Shown here piece after piece: positions 13,496 to 26,260 of a DNA stretch of 64,000 nt. Made by a program: the position numbers and the translations under genes. The notes below the pieces were generated by a model. That model searched no databases and was not told the DNA's origin. It saw nothing but the letters and a program-made list of their open reading frames with translations. Location of the stretch: positions 29,948,001 to 30,012,000 of the forward strand of contig NC_045696.1 in assembly GCF_009834535.1 (NCBI RefSeq), written 5' to 3'. The stretch is from Camelus ferus. Taxonomy: Eukaryota. The stretch's first letter is position 1. The number at the start of each line of letters is the position of its first letter.

Positions 13496-14448
13496 AGAAT
13501 CTCCAAGAACAAACATTTTGTTCTAAAACATAGAAATTGATGTCACATTTTTCATCTGATTAAATTTCTGAAGGCCTGGTGGCTTTTGACAACTCTTCCC
13601 CGAAACAATACTTACTTGTTTTAGAAAATAGTGGTCCATGTCTTTGGAATAAAGTAGAGCACATTAGCATAGCAAATGGCATGGAATAATACACTTTATT
13701 TGATGATGTTGATGAGAAAGTACAACTGGGTCATAGCAGCATGTTCATTTCAACATATTATTGAAATGACAAGTCCACAAATATGACCATTACTCTCACA
13801 GACTGGGCTCAAGACACTGCATTTGGGACTGCTGAGGCCAACTGAGGATAAGTCAGAAGAAGACTTTGAGGGAAAGCGCTCCCACATCAAAGTGCTAAAA
13901 CCACATTAGTTCCTTGCATAGATTCCAGCTTCCCTTCTGCTGCTTCATTAACCTCAGACTCCTTCAGAGTCTCATTTCCCTATTTCTTCCCTCTCCTCTA
14001 TGTTGGATTTGCCTTTTCTTTCTATGAAATTAGTCCATGAGCTTAGTCTGCCCCTGTTCAAAAGGATAAGTGGAAACAATTTGGGTAATGTACTTTAAAA
14101 AGAAATGACCTTATTCATGCTTAAATAATTTCAAAGAAAAATTCTATAGTTTTATTATTTTGTATATGTCAAATGTAAATTTATTGGAATCAAATCAATG
14201 AGAGAAGAAATGAAAATAAAGAAACTGCAAATGATGCATTGACCAGGATTAGACTGTCATTCCAATACTGTGAAACTAAAAGTTCATGGCATATCTTTTA
14301 ATACTATTTGACTTAAAGCCCAAAATGTCAAGGTATGTAAGAATGTAGACAAAAAAGCTTTCACAAGGATTAACGACAAATCATTTTTGGTTATAGATCA
14401 AACAATTTAAACACTTACCTGATTTTATATTTTTACATATACAATTGG

Positions 14449-14926
14449 TATGGTGGCCAGTCTCCAAGATGTCTCCTAAAGATATTTGTTTCTGAGTATT
14501 CATTCATGCCTATCTGTTCATACCAGTTGAATCAAACCTGACTGGGTGGCTAATAGAATACTGCAGAAGTGGTAGCACATGCCTTTCAAGGCTAGGTTAT
14601 AAGAGGCATTGTGATTTCCTCCTTGGTCTCTTGCATTGCTCACTCTGGGGCAAACGAGTTGCCATGTTAAGAAGACACCAGAGTAGCCCACATGGAGAGG
14701 AACCAACTTGGCAGTCTTGAGAGTAAAATACTTTAGAAGTGAATCTGCCAGCCCCAGGCAAGACTTTGGATGACTGCAGCCCCAACTAATATCAGACTGC
14801 AGCCACAGAGACTCTGATACCTTTCTGAATTCCTGACCTGCATAAACTGTTAGAGACAATAAATATTATAAATTGAAATCACCAAGTTTGGGATGATTTG
14901 TTATGCAGCAATAGCTAATTAATACA
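14449..14926 (+). mobile_element. MLT1 (MLT1F-like) solo LTR
   Basis: 'ttcaaggctaggttataagaggcattgtg', 'gatgactgcagcccc', AATAAA near 14858, and end 'ttgttatgcagcaatagctaattaataca'. Confidence 0.9.
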
Positions 14927-15357
14927 ATTGGATAAAGTGATACGCCAGCAAGACAAAAAGAGGAAAACATGTAAATGTTCTGCTTTTACTAAAAGCCATA
15001 CTTTAAATAACTTAAAATAACTTACTCTAAGAATAATAATTGATAATGATTACCTTACATAGTGGCTAAAAATTATCAGTGATAAATTATGAGTCGAACA
15101 GAGATACCATGACATTCTGAAAACTCCTCAGAATTTGATAGCTGGAATAGTATTTTAGATTATTTTTTAAAAATCATACAACAATAAAATAAAACTCACT
15201 TGTTTGTTTACATAATCAGCAAATATTAATTGATCAAATATATGTGCTGTTCACTGTGTCAGATACTAGAGATGAAGTAACAAGTGATACAGCGTTCTCC
15301 ATTAAGTTCACATCCATTTATCAATGAACTTTATTGTAAAATTAAAGTTAAATAGGG

Positions 15358-17082
15358 TCCCACTAAAATCTGGAACAAGACAAGAATGCCCACTCTCACC
15401 ATTTTTATTCAACATAGTCTTGGAAGTCCTAGCCATAGCAATCAAGAGAAAGAAATAAAAGGGGTCCAAATTGGAGGAGAAGAGGTAAAATTGTCACTAT
15501 ATGTGGATGACAAGATGTATATAGAAACCTTAAAGGCTTCACACAAAAACTACTAGAGCTGACAAACGAATTCAGCAAGGTAGCAGGAACAAGATTAATA
15601 TACAGAAATCTGTGGCATTTCTTTAATTTACCAGTGAAATATTAGAAAAAGAAAATAAATAAATCCCTTTTAAAATGTCATAAAAAATAAAATACTTAGG
15701 AGTAAATCTGACCAAGGAGGTGAAAGACTTATACATGTAGAACTATAAGAAGTTATTGATTAAGGAAATTAGAGATAATTTAAAGAAATGGAAAGATATC
15801 TCATGCTCTTGGATTGAAAGAATGAATATTGTTAAAATGGCCATACTACCCAAAGCAGTCTATAGATTTAATGTGATCCCTATCAATTACCCAGGACATT
15901 TTTCACAGAACTAGAACAAACAACCCTAAAATTTATATGGAATCACAAAAGATGCCAAAGCAATATTGAAGAAAAAGAATGAAGCTGGAGGAATAACACC
16001 CCCCTCCCAAGACTTCAAACAATACTACAGAGCTACAGTAATCAAAAAAGTGTGATATTGGCACAAAAACAGACACATGGATCAATGGAACAGAATAGAG
16101 AGCCCAGAAACAAACCCAGACACCCACGGTCAATTAATCTTCCGCAAAGGAGGCAAGAACATACAGTGGAGTAAAGACCGTCTCTTCAGCAAGTGGTGTT
16201 GGGAAAACTGGACAGCTGCATGTAAATCAGTGAAGTTAGAATATACCCTCACACCATACACAAAAATAAACTCAAAATGGCTTAAAGACTTAAACATAAG
16301 ACAAGATACTATAAACCTCCTAGAAGAAAACATAGGCAAAACATTTTCTGACATAAATCTTAGCAATATTCTTCTAGTGCAGTCTACCTAGGCAATAGAA
16401 ATAAAAGCAAAAATATACAAATAGAGCCTAATTACAAGCTTTTGAACAGCAAAGGAAACTATAAACAAAACAAAAAGACAACCTATGGAATGGGAGAAAA
16501 TATTTGCAAATGATGCAACTGACAAAGGCTCAATTTCCAGAATATATAAACAGCTTATACAACTTCATAACAACAACAACAACAAAAAAAACAAAAACCC
16601 AGTACAAAAATGGGCAGAAGACCTAAACAAGCATTTCTTCAATGAAGATATACAAATGGCCAAGTGACAGATGAAAAAATGCTCAATATCGCTAATTATC
16701 AGAGAAATGCAAATCAAAACTACAATGAGGTATCACCTCACACCAGTCAGAATGGCCATCATTAAAAGTCCACAGAGAATAAATGCTGGAGAGGGTGTGG
16801 AGGAAAGGGAACCCTCCTACACCATTGGTGGGAATGTAGTTTGCTGAAGCCATTATGGAAAACAGTATGAAGATTCCTCAAAAAACTAAAAACAGACTTA
16901 CTATATGATCCAGTAATCCCACTCCTAGGCATATATCCAGAGGAAACTCTAATTGGAAAAAATACATGCACCCTAATGTTCAAATAGCAGCACTATTTAC
17001 AACAGACAAGACATGGAAACAACCTAAATCTCCATCAATAGGTGACAGGATAAAGAAGTTCAGATATATATATGTATATATA

Positions 17083-17120
<38 letters not shown>

Positions 17121-17373
17121 TCACAATGGAATATTACTTAGCCACAAAAAGGATAAAATAATGCCATTTACAGCAACATGGATGGATCTGGAGATTGTCA
17201 TACTAAGTGAAGTAAGCTAGAAAAAGAAAGGAAGATACCATATGATATCACTTAGATTTGGAATCTAAAAAAATTAGACAAATGAACTTATTTTCAAAAC
17301 AGAAACAGACTCACAGACATAGAAAACAAACTTATGGTTACCACTTAAGGGAGTGGGAAGGAATTAAAAAATT
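15358..17373 (+). mobile_element. 5'-truncated L1 (ORF2 RT to proximal 3' UTR), disrupted
   Basis: LSLYVDD RT motif near 15491-15511. ORF-track peptides at 16077, 16485 and 16966 match L1 ORF2. Cys-rich CWRGCG...WWEC lies near 16784-16838. Multiple frameshifts and stops. Confidence 0.97.
17064..17119. repeat. (TA)n(GA)n compound microsatellite inside L1
   Basis: Seen directly. Confidence 0.9.
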
Positions 17374-19231
17374 AAAATTAAATTAAATTAGTTCACTTAT
17401 TTATATTTTTATTTCCTATGTAACACACAAAAATGTATTTTCTTTAGTTTTCTGTTAGTGAACATTCTCCTCTCAATTTCACTGATTCTGATGAGGAATC
17501 GGTACTGAGAGAAGAAAAGTGAGTAACAGTTTCAAAATTCCTTTGTTTTTTGGAGAAATTATGGAGTTATAATCAGACCTCAGTTTTTTGTTCATTCATT
17601 CATTTCAGAAGCATTTATCAAATATCAGCTATGTATTTCTACACCTTTAAATATGCTATTGTATTAGAAGATTTAAAAATGACTTAGATAGTTTCTTATC
17701 AAAAAAGTTTAAAATATGTTTATTTACTTTATTTTATAAATCTGTGACAGAAAATATAATTTAATGTTTTAATTGAAAATATATAATATTTAAAGTTATA
17801 GCATTTAATGAGATCACAGGATGAAATTATATCAGAGAAATGAGATGCTACTATGTTCTTTTACTTTAAAATGTATGTTCGTGTGAGGAGAAAATAAGGT
17901 GGATTACAAGTATTTAGGGAGTAAATATTTTACTTTCTGTAAAAGAATAATTAAATAAGGGTTATTGAGGGGCCTGGAATATAGTAGTCAGTCAATAATA
18001 AAATTAATTAGTTAATTTTAATTTTATAAACAGGTAGCCAATATTTACTCTTAATTTACCTCTTAAGAGGTAATTAAATTATCTTTTATTATATAAATTA
18101 CTATTACAGATTTCTGGTTGTTGTTTACAAAATTGTATATACATTTGCCTTGTGGATTGTGCTGTGTATTTGAATACAGATACGTTTCAAGCATGAGTTA
18201 CATTATCTCGAGTCATTGTTAGAAGTGAAATTATTTCCTAAAAAAAATTTTTTTTCTTAACACTCATCCAATTTAATTTGAAACAATTCAAACCCAAACA
18301 AAAGAATAATTTAGAGTTCACTTTCAGGCTAACAGTTAATTAGCAATTTTAATAAAGAAGTGGTTTACTGGGTGTCTCACTCAAGTGCTTTAGATTAATA
18401 CCAGAAACAGAAAAGTTGAATCATAGGCAAATTGGAACAAAATTTCAAGATGTTATGTTTAAGGTACCTCTTTTCTTCCCCAGGAGCCCTGAAATTGTTA
18501 CTTTTTTGCAAAATGAACCTAATGATGTGCCTTTTCCTTCCCAGGTGACTTTCTACAGCTTAATTATCTGATTCAGGCCAACTACCTGGTTCATCAGTTT
18601 TTGAACATCTGAGACTTGGTCTTAAATTCCCTTCTGAGAAATGAATTCCCATCACAGAGACCTCATGGGTGTGCATGTGTGGGAAAATAATTTTGAGCAA
18701 TTAGAAATTAATGATGACCTTGCAGGGGATAGAAGAGGACATAATCATAAAAGTCGAATGTACATCATCAGTAGGAATGAGTAATGAACTCCCATTAGCA
18801 TAATTGGCTAGCATTAACACGGAGGTGTCTATGATTATTATGGTTTGGAAGTTTCTTGAGGAAATGAGGAAGTACTGGAAGGTACAACCCTAGACATTAC
18901 TCTTGAAATCTCATCAGTGATAGTTTGGAAGCATATAGATATAAAATTGTTTGAGTTGAAATCTGGGAATTACTCTAATGGAAAAAAAGTGGGGGAAAAA
19001 TCACACTGAAAATGGAAAAAACAAATAATATTGCTGTGGATTAGGCTTATTATAAGAATAGTAATCTAGAACTTGGGCTATGTGTTTTGATGACACCCGC
19101 GTTTGACTCATTGCTTTCCTATCACTTAGCTATGTGGTCTTAGAAAATTTTCTTCCGAAGATGAGTATAATATTAGTAATTACTTCATAGGCTTAAAATA
19201 AAGAAGATACAAATTAATAATAATACCTATC

Positions 19232-19874
19232 TGTCTCACTTATCTTTTGCTGGGTAAAAAAACATGCCAAAACTTAGTGGCTTAGAAAACAATTTTTCTC
19301 ATGGTTCTGGGGGTTGACTCGGCTTAGCTGAACAATTCTCGTCTGGGGTCTCTCAATTCAGTTATAGTCAGATGTTGACTGGGACTGCCACCATTGTATG
19401 TTCACATGGGCTGACTGTCCAGTGTGACTCACTGACATGACTGACAGGTAATCCTGAGTCTGGAAGCTCAGCCTGTCTGTGTGGTTTGGGCAAGACCAAC
19501 TCCATTGTTTGCAGGACCCAGCGCAAAATGAAAGTACAGGGCTTCTTGTTAAAAAAAAAAAAAAAAAAACTTATTAAGAATTTCAAAACAATGACAACAC
19601 AAGTTGCATCCTCATGCATCTAGCCCTGGGCATGGGCTTCTCAGAGTGAAAATAAGTGGATTCCAAGAGCACACGTTCTAAAAGACCCAGATGGAAATTG
19701 CAAGGCTTCTTATGGCCTGGTTCGTCACCTTTCTATTTGTCAAACGTACATTATAAAGCCAAGCCAGGTTTACCAAGAGGGGAATTTAGACTCCATCTCT
19801 TGACATGAGGGGAGCATGCCTGTACCGGGAGAGAAAGAACTGGTAGCATCCATTTTTGGATATTATCTACCACA
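19232..19874 (-). mobile_element. MLT1 (older H-K type) solo LTR
   Basis: 'ccaaaacttagtggcttagaaaacaat...ctcatggttctgggggttgactcggcttagctg' and end 'atctaccaca'. Confidence 0.85.
19491..19628 (-). mobile_element. MER45A-like hAT-Tip100 element, internally deleted, nested in MLT1
   Basis: 'ttgcaggacccagcgcaaaatgaaagtacagggcttcttgtt...ttattaagaatttcaa' and end 'gccctg'. 8-bp flanks ggtttggg (19483-19490) and ggcatggg (19629-19636). Confidence 0.85.
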
Positions 19875-21034
19875 TGACCTTGAAGAATTTTTTATAATTT
19901 TTAAGGTGATAATTCATATCGGATAGTTAGCAGAATGCCTGTCCTCTAAAAATGCTTATGTAATAGCTGTTATTATTATCCCAGATTATAAACGTGGTGA
20001 AGAAACTAAGGTCCATGGCTTTATTTGCTGTATATCTGAGTTAAAAATGTATATATTATCAGATTTTATCTTCACTAGTCTATGAAATCTGTTTTGCAAA
20101 AATGTTAGAAAAGCTAACAGATTCTGCAATGACTAAAACACATTCTTAAAGTAATTATTAATGAGTTTAATGTTAGTCTCAATGATAATAAGGCTTCTCT
20201 TTTACCTAAAGGTATTTTGCAGAAGTGGATAGTTTAGCTATGACTTTTCTGCCTATTAAATAACCATCTGCCACCTGTGGTCTGTTGTCTTGCTGCATTT
20301 ATCACAGATGAGTGCAGAACAACAACAACAAAAAATGAAAATAAATTGCTTTAATATAATACCCTTTTCTCACACTTTGCCATAAAGTGCCACATTCCTT
20401 GAATGCATCTTAGCTAGTGTGTAACTTGGGATTCCAGGTTATAAAAGCTTTTTATAATCCTTAGTCATTTAACACTACCTACATCTCATTTGATGGCTTT
20501 TCCTTTCAGTTCATGCCAAAAGCAATATAATTTTTCAATTAGGAAGCAAACATACTTTTTAAAATAAGAAGCTGTTTCTGACATCCGAATTTTGTTTATA
20601 GGTACCAACAATATTCTAGGAAACCTTGTGTATAAAGATAATTATAACTGAAAAGAAATGCTAAATGATCATCCAAGACATCATGGAGCAGTTTATTCTG
20701 TTGTGATAAAGACAAAAGAATATAGTCAATGACAAAATTATGTTTATTCTATTGTGCAAAGCCCTCAGGAGGCACTGAGAAAAAAATATTTTTAAAAGTC
20801 AGTGTTGGAGGCTGTAGAGCAGAATCTAAGGAAATCTGTGATTTAATTTTAAGTAATGTATATTTTTTTTTGAGTGGCTAAGCTATAGACCTTCATATTC
20901 AATTTACGAGAGTACATTTTTTTTCTAAATTTGACCCTTTCCTTATTTTCCCTGGACTCCTGTTCACTTTTATTATTTTTTTACACTGTCTCATCTCAAC
21001 GATGCCTTATATGCCAGAGGTGTCAGGTCCATTA

Positions 21035-22320
21035 AATTTTTTTTGATTGAAGCGTAATGAACATAGGTAGCATAAAATATAAGTGCACACTTTGGTGGAT
21101 TTCTGAATACATCTTTTTTCAGCATCCCAGAAATCATTCTTATGCTCCTTCTAGTGACTAAACCAGCCCCTCTCCCCCCAGGGCAATCACTGTCATGACT
21201 TCTACCAACATATATTAGATTTCCCTCCCTGTCTGTATATTTTATATAAATGGAACCAGACATGTGAGGTCTTTGTGTGTGGCCTCTTTTGCTCGGATTT
21301 CTATTTGGGAGGCTCATCCACATGGTTGCATGTTGTAATATCATTTATTCTCATTGCTCTATCATCTTCCATTGTATGACTATACCATGACTTATTTGTC
21401 AATTCCATTGTAATTAGGCGTCTAGATTTTTTTCCAATTTAAGGCTTTTATAACTAGTGCAACTATAAACATTCTCTTACACGTCTCTTGGTGCATCAGG
21501 ATACAATTCTAGCAGTGGAACTGCTGGGTCATATGATAAGCGTAGGTTTAGTATTAATAGATGCAAGCAATTTTCCACGTGGCTGTACCAGTTAAGACTT
21601 CCACCAGTTAGGTATCAGAATTCCAGTGGCTCTACATCTATGCAATCTTGGTATTTTTGTCTCTTTAATTTTAGTCATTTGGGACATTATGTACCACTAA
21701 TGACTGATGAGTTTAAGCACCATTCCATATGTTTACCGGCCATCTGGTTAGCCTCTTTTGTGAAGTGTCCAAGTGATTTGACCATATAAATATAAGAAAT
21801 ATTATTAGTAAGAAGGATTATCTATACTTAAAAATTAATTTGTAGGAGTCCTTACTGATTTATAAAGTTTAAAAAATATATACTAAATATTAATGTTTTG
21901 GTGGATATGTGTATTGTGAATAGCTTCTCCTACCCTTTGGGTTGTCCTACTATATTTGTAACAGTGTCTTTTTAATTAATAGAAAGCCTCCAATTTAATG
22001 TAGTCCAATTTTACCAGTTTTGTTTTTACAATTTGCTTTTTGTGTGTTTTAAGAAAACTTTGAAGATGATCTTTTTTTGTCTAAATGCTTTACTTTATAC
22101 TTTCCAAACATAGATCTGTACACTATCTGAAATTAATTTTTATGCTTTGTGGGAGGGAGGTCCAGTTGACCACACATCATTTATTAGAGAGAAAATTCTG
22201 TCTCCATTGTAACACAGTGTCAACTTTGTCTTGAATCTGGTGACTGTTATTTATATATCTGTTTCTGGACCCTCTATTCTGTTTATTCTTGTACCAAATC
22301 CACTCTGTCTTAATTAACCA
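21035..22320 (-). mobile_element. Ancient L1 (L1MD/L1ME-type) 3' region
   Basis: T-rich tail near 21037, 'ttttatataaatggaacc', 'ctcatccacatggttgcatgt', 'ggaactgctgggtcatatg' and 'tctgtttctggaccctctattctgtt'. Confidence 0.85.
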
Positions 22321-22539
22321 AATACGTTTTTCTTTACTAAAATAATTTGAGTAACTTCAATCATTTAACAAGGAGCAAAAACATTACGGTTTTTTCTTCG
22401 GAAAAATATGTTCTAGTGGAGTTACTATAAGTTAAATTTAACATATTGAATAATAATAACTTCTATTGCTTTTCACTTAAATATGAGACATTTACCCCAA
22501 AGATTAATATGTCACAGTACAGCATTTACTTAGCTTTTA

Positions 22540-24240
22540 TTCACCAATTTCAATGTGCTAGACAGCAGGAATGAAAAAGTAACTAAGACTTGTTTCCTGC
22601 TTTCAATGTGTCTAGAGAGGGAGAAAGGTGTATAAACAGACCAAACACAATATGAGGTGGCATGCTATTTCTTTGAAATAAACATCTAATAGTCTAGGGT
22701 TTGGTGACATAGTCTAGGGTTTGGTGACATAGTCTAGGGTTTGGTCTAGGGTTTAGCTGGACTAAAATTTGGAGGAAGCCCGATGGCATTTCTCAGAAAA
22801 CTGGATGGAGGCCTGAAAAAGACTGAATTGGATTTAACCAGTTTATGTTTTTTTTAGATCAATAAATTTACAGAACAGTAGGGGGAAAAGTTGATGATAT
22901 TGAGGGAAGTGAAATTTTAATGGGATCTAAATACCCAGTTAATAATGTGAACAGGAGAAAAAAAAAATGAAAAACTGCTGATAGGAGTAAAATGGGCCAG
23001 AAAACTGGAAATCCCTGTAAGAATAAAGAAATGTGCAATGGGAATTAGAGAGAGCAAAAGAGATGGTATGATGTGGTTGGACAGTGGAGTTACTTGAATG
23101 CAAAATGTAGGTGGATAAATACTTCGAAGCATTGCTACTGGAGTGGGATGTTTCGGAGGAGCTGAGATGAAGGTCACTAGAAATAAGGACGGTAACTGAA
23201 AGATTAGGGTACTGCTTGAATCTTACTCACAGACACTGAAGTAATTCAGGACCATGACACAGCATAGAGTAGGAAGAAAATTAGTGATTCTGGTCCTAAG
23301 GTCCCCAGTGAATGAGAAGAACAGGGATTTTTAGCTGAGAAGATGAAGAGGGTATTTTTGTCAGATGCCATCCATCTCCATGTCACCGGGATTTTCACAT
23401 AATCGTCACTGAGTCATGGCCCAGAAGTGTTGTGGAAAAGCAAGAATGGCGCTATCCTCATCTAACAATCCTGGAATGGGTGGAATCTCTGAGAGTGAGT
23501 GTCTTCCAGTTGAGAGGGTTTTATGGGAAATTGTATCTTCAGGAAAAGCTAAGTTTCTGTTAGGCAGGAATGTTATGGGAAGATACTGAGGATAACTGGT
23601 ATTCATTCTGGTGTAGTTAAAGGGTTTGGAAGAAAAGTGAGCAGCTGGAATTAGTCATGTGAGAGAAGACTCTCCAGTATCCTTCCTCATGGGAGGGAGC
23701 AGTGCAAGGGTATGGGCAGAGAGGGGAGAAGTTGGATTTGTGAGGTAATGCGGAATTAGCATGTCAAGAATCTTAAAATGATCAGACCCAGATATCTTTT
23801 GGAAAATTGATTCTGGTACATGTCCTGGGGATTGGTTGTCTCTTCTCTAGTTATTCCAAGTATAGTGATCAGAATTCTTTTTGGAAGAATGAATGCAGTA
23901 ATCTCAGAAGTTTGGATTTTATTCAGTATGAAAAAAACATGGGATTCTAATCAGAGGAATAGATGAAATTAAAAATAGAATGACTGATTGCAGGAAAATT
24001 AGTTGAAATAATCAATAATAATAATTAAAATAAGAGAAGACAAAAACCATGGTAATTGGGATGGAAAGGAGAGACCAAATTTTGTATACTCTTCAGAAGC
24101 AGAATCAACAAGATTTACTCTCAGGGATGGATATAAGAATGGATATGGGCGGTTAGAGAGAAGTAGTAGTTGAGGTTTACCTAGTTTCCAGATTAGAAGT
24201 CTGGGTGGATGCCAGACAAGATGATTAACTGAAGACAACA
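22540..24240 (-). mobile_element. L2 fragments
   Basis: 'caatgtgctagacagcaggaatgaaaaagtaactaagacttgtttcctgctttcaa' and further purine-rich L2-like blocks; resumes at about 24930-25320. Confidence 0.6.
22689..22754. repeat. 20-bp minisatellite (atagtctagggtttggtgac) x2.85 plus a partial unit
   Basis: Perfect copies at 22689-22708 and 22709-22728, a partial copy at 22729-22745, then 'ctagggttt'. Confidence 0.95.
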
Positions 24241-24247
24241 GAGGAGG

Positions 24248-24924
24248 TGTTACATATTTAGGCTGGATATTTGGGGCTGTCTTTTTTATGCTTCCTCAAT
24301 ATCCATTGTCTTTTATGTAAAACAAGTCCATATAATTCTTGAAGAAGGATCCTGCCTCCTTTTCATAGTCTATGTTTTAAATGCAGCTAACTCCACTACC
24401 ACTACCAGAGATGGCCAATGACCATATGGGATATTCTTGCCCATACTGATGAAAATATTGGTAAAGGAGAATTTCTCTTTGGGTTCTGAGCTGTTGAGAA
24501 GAAATGATGTATATCTAAATCTGCTGGTCACCCTAATGATTGGAGCCAGAAAGAAGACAGCTGGGATCTGAGATGGAAAAAGCGGGAGAGTATAAAAAAA
24601 TTTTTCTGAGATCCTAAAGGCAATCATTTCTTTTTTTATTTTTGAGGGGGAGGTAATTAGGCTTATTTTTATTTATTTCTTTTAATGGAGGGGCTGAGGA
24701 TTGAACCCAGGACCTTGTGCATGCCATGCATGCACTCTACCACTGAGCTATACTCTCTCCTCAAGGCAGTCATTTCTAAAAGTGATGAATCCTTGGAGTT
24801 TTCTGAAGCACAGCTGCAACATTTTCTCCTCTCTTCCCTTCCCATTTCTCTTCTCTTCTTTCTTCTTAAATTGCCATTTTTCTCCTTTTTGCCATTTTAA
24901 CAATACAAAGTCTTCACTAATATA
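24248..24924 (+). mobile_element. Old ERVL-type LTR (LTR33/LTR16-like) hosting the SINE
   Basis: TG start, and an end 'tttgccattttaacaatacaaagtcttcactaatata' resembling LTR33/16 3' ends. It interrupts L2. Confidence 0.45.
24632..24762 (-). mobile_element. Vic-1-type camelid tRNA-derived SINE
   Basis: Minus strand has A-box 'tagctcagtggtagag', B-box 'gggttcaatcc' and an A-rich tail with 'cctaattacctccccc'. 15-bp TSD aaggcaatcatttct (24617-24631) / aaggcagtcatttct (24763-24777). Confidence 0.93.
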
Positions 24925-25321
24925 GTTGAAGAGGGACGATGGAGGCAGAATTTTTTTCATTAGAAATATTAAATTCGAGGTACCTGCACTAAAATCTGAC
25001 AGAGATGGTTAATGGGCAATTACAATGAAAGAATCTGAAGCTCAGAAGAGAAGTCAGGCTCAGAGATAAAAGAGAAGTATATAAAAGCTTTGTGAAGTCA
25101 TGGATACAGAAAATTCATCCAAGATGAACAGAGAAAGCAAGAATTGATGCAGCCCAAGGATTGGGTCTTAGAAAACTTCAGTATTTAGAGGTCAGGCCAT
25201 AGAGCAGATGGAAGAGATAAAGAAGGACTGGCCAGTGTTGTCAACAGTTGAGAACGGTCTGGACGTAACTGTAGGGGTGGGAAGCAAATTTCCAAGGCCA
25301 AAGAGATTCTGGAATCTAAAA

Positions 25322-25559
25322 CAGAGCTACTCAAAGTGCCTGTGGAGAAATTGTTTCTGGATGGAGACAACATAAACAGCTGTCCTAGAATGTAAACCAA
25401 TGAAGCACACTGTTCATTTCAGCTAACTTTTGTTTTTGTTTTCTTCTCCTAACAAGACTTTGTGTATGTGAAGGAAGCGATGTGTTGATTTACATTCCAG
25501 CACCAGCTTCTTACCTCAGACTCAGGAATAGTTCTCTGATCATACTTTGAGCAGCCTTG
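25322..25559. mobile_element. MER5C1-like hAT-Charlie palindromic element
   Basis: TIRs 'cagagctactcaaagtg' / 'tactttgagcagccttg' and internal inverted 'gaatgtaaaccaa' / 'ttgatttacattc'. Flanks atctaaaa / atctagga resemble the NTCTAGAN Charlie target. Confidence 0.8.
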
Positions 25560-26084
25560 ATCTAGGATCGATCTCTGTGCTGGTGGCTGTTCTGTAATCA
25601 GATCAGGTCAGTACAGGGTGCATATCATAGGACATACAGATAGATCTGAATCAGGATTATTGTATAGAATTTTAAACATGAATAGTTGATAATAGAGAAT
25701 AAACTAGACACATACAGATACATAGCACTTAAAGATAAGGACTTAGGAACTCTTTGTAATGAAGGGATATCCTGATTAATTTTGAAAAACAAAATTCTTA
25801 ACAGTAAAATGCTTTTATTTAAAAAAGAAGTCTTATTTTGAAGATATTTTCCTCTGAATACTTTATTGTATACTTTCCAAACAGATCTGTACACTATCTG
25901 GAATTAATTTTTGTGCTTTGTGGGAGGGAGGTCCAGTTGATCACACATAAGCCAAAGAAAGTATCTTGTCTCCACTAGTAACACATTGTCAAAGTCTTAG
26001 TTTGAACTAAGATTCCAGAATTGAACCAGATGAGTCTACATCTCAGTTTGAAAACCGCTGGGGTTGATCATAAAAAGCAGTTTG

Positions 26085-26260
26085 CTTTGAACTCCAGGTT
26101 GACTCTTGACTCTTGCACTTCCTGGTCCTGTGACCTGAAGAAAGCCACTTACTCTTCTTGAGGCTCAGTTTTCTAATCTATAAAACTGGGATACAATAGC
26201 AATTTTAAGAATTGCTTTTGATGGTCTAATCAGTTGGTATGAGAGAATGTGCCTTGTGCA
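26085..26260 (+). mobile_element. MIR SINE
   Basis: 'tgtgacctgaagaaagccacttactcttcttgaggctcagttttctaatctataaaactgggata' is the MIR core. Confidence 0.85.

Larger units (their letters stand above)
19060..19980 (+). mobile_element. MIR split by an MLT1 insertion (MIR parts about 19060-19231 and 19875-19980)
   Basis: Left part 'atcacttagctatgtggtcttag...aataataataccta'. Right part 'ttagcagaatgcctg...atagctgttattattat' continues the MIR order. Confidence 0.6.

Noticed and set aside
20268..20282. CTCF site (minus strand gaccacaggtggcag)
   Set aside because: Only the 3' half fits; the 5' spacing does not match the consensus.
22689..22754. CRISPR-like array or interstitial telomere
   Set aside because: The repeats are contiguous with no spacers, the context is eukaryotic and there is no (TTAGGG)n run.
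24690..24762. tRNA gene
   Set aside because: The A/B boxes belong to a SINE head with tail and TSD; there is no full cloverleaf.
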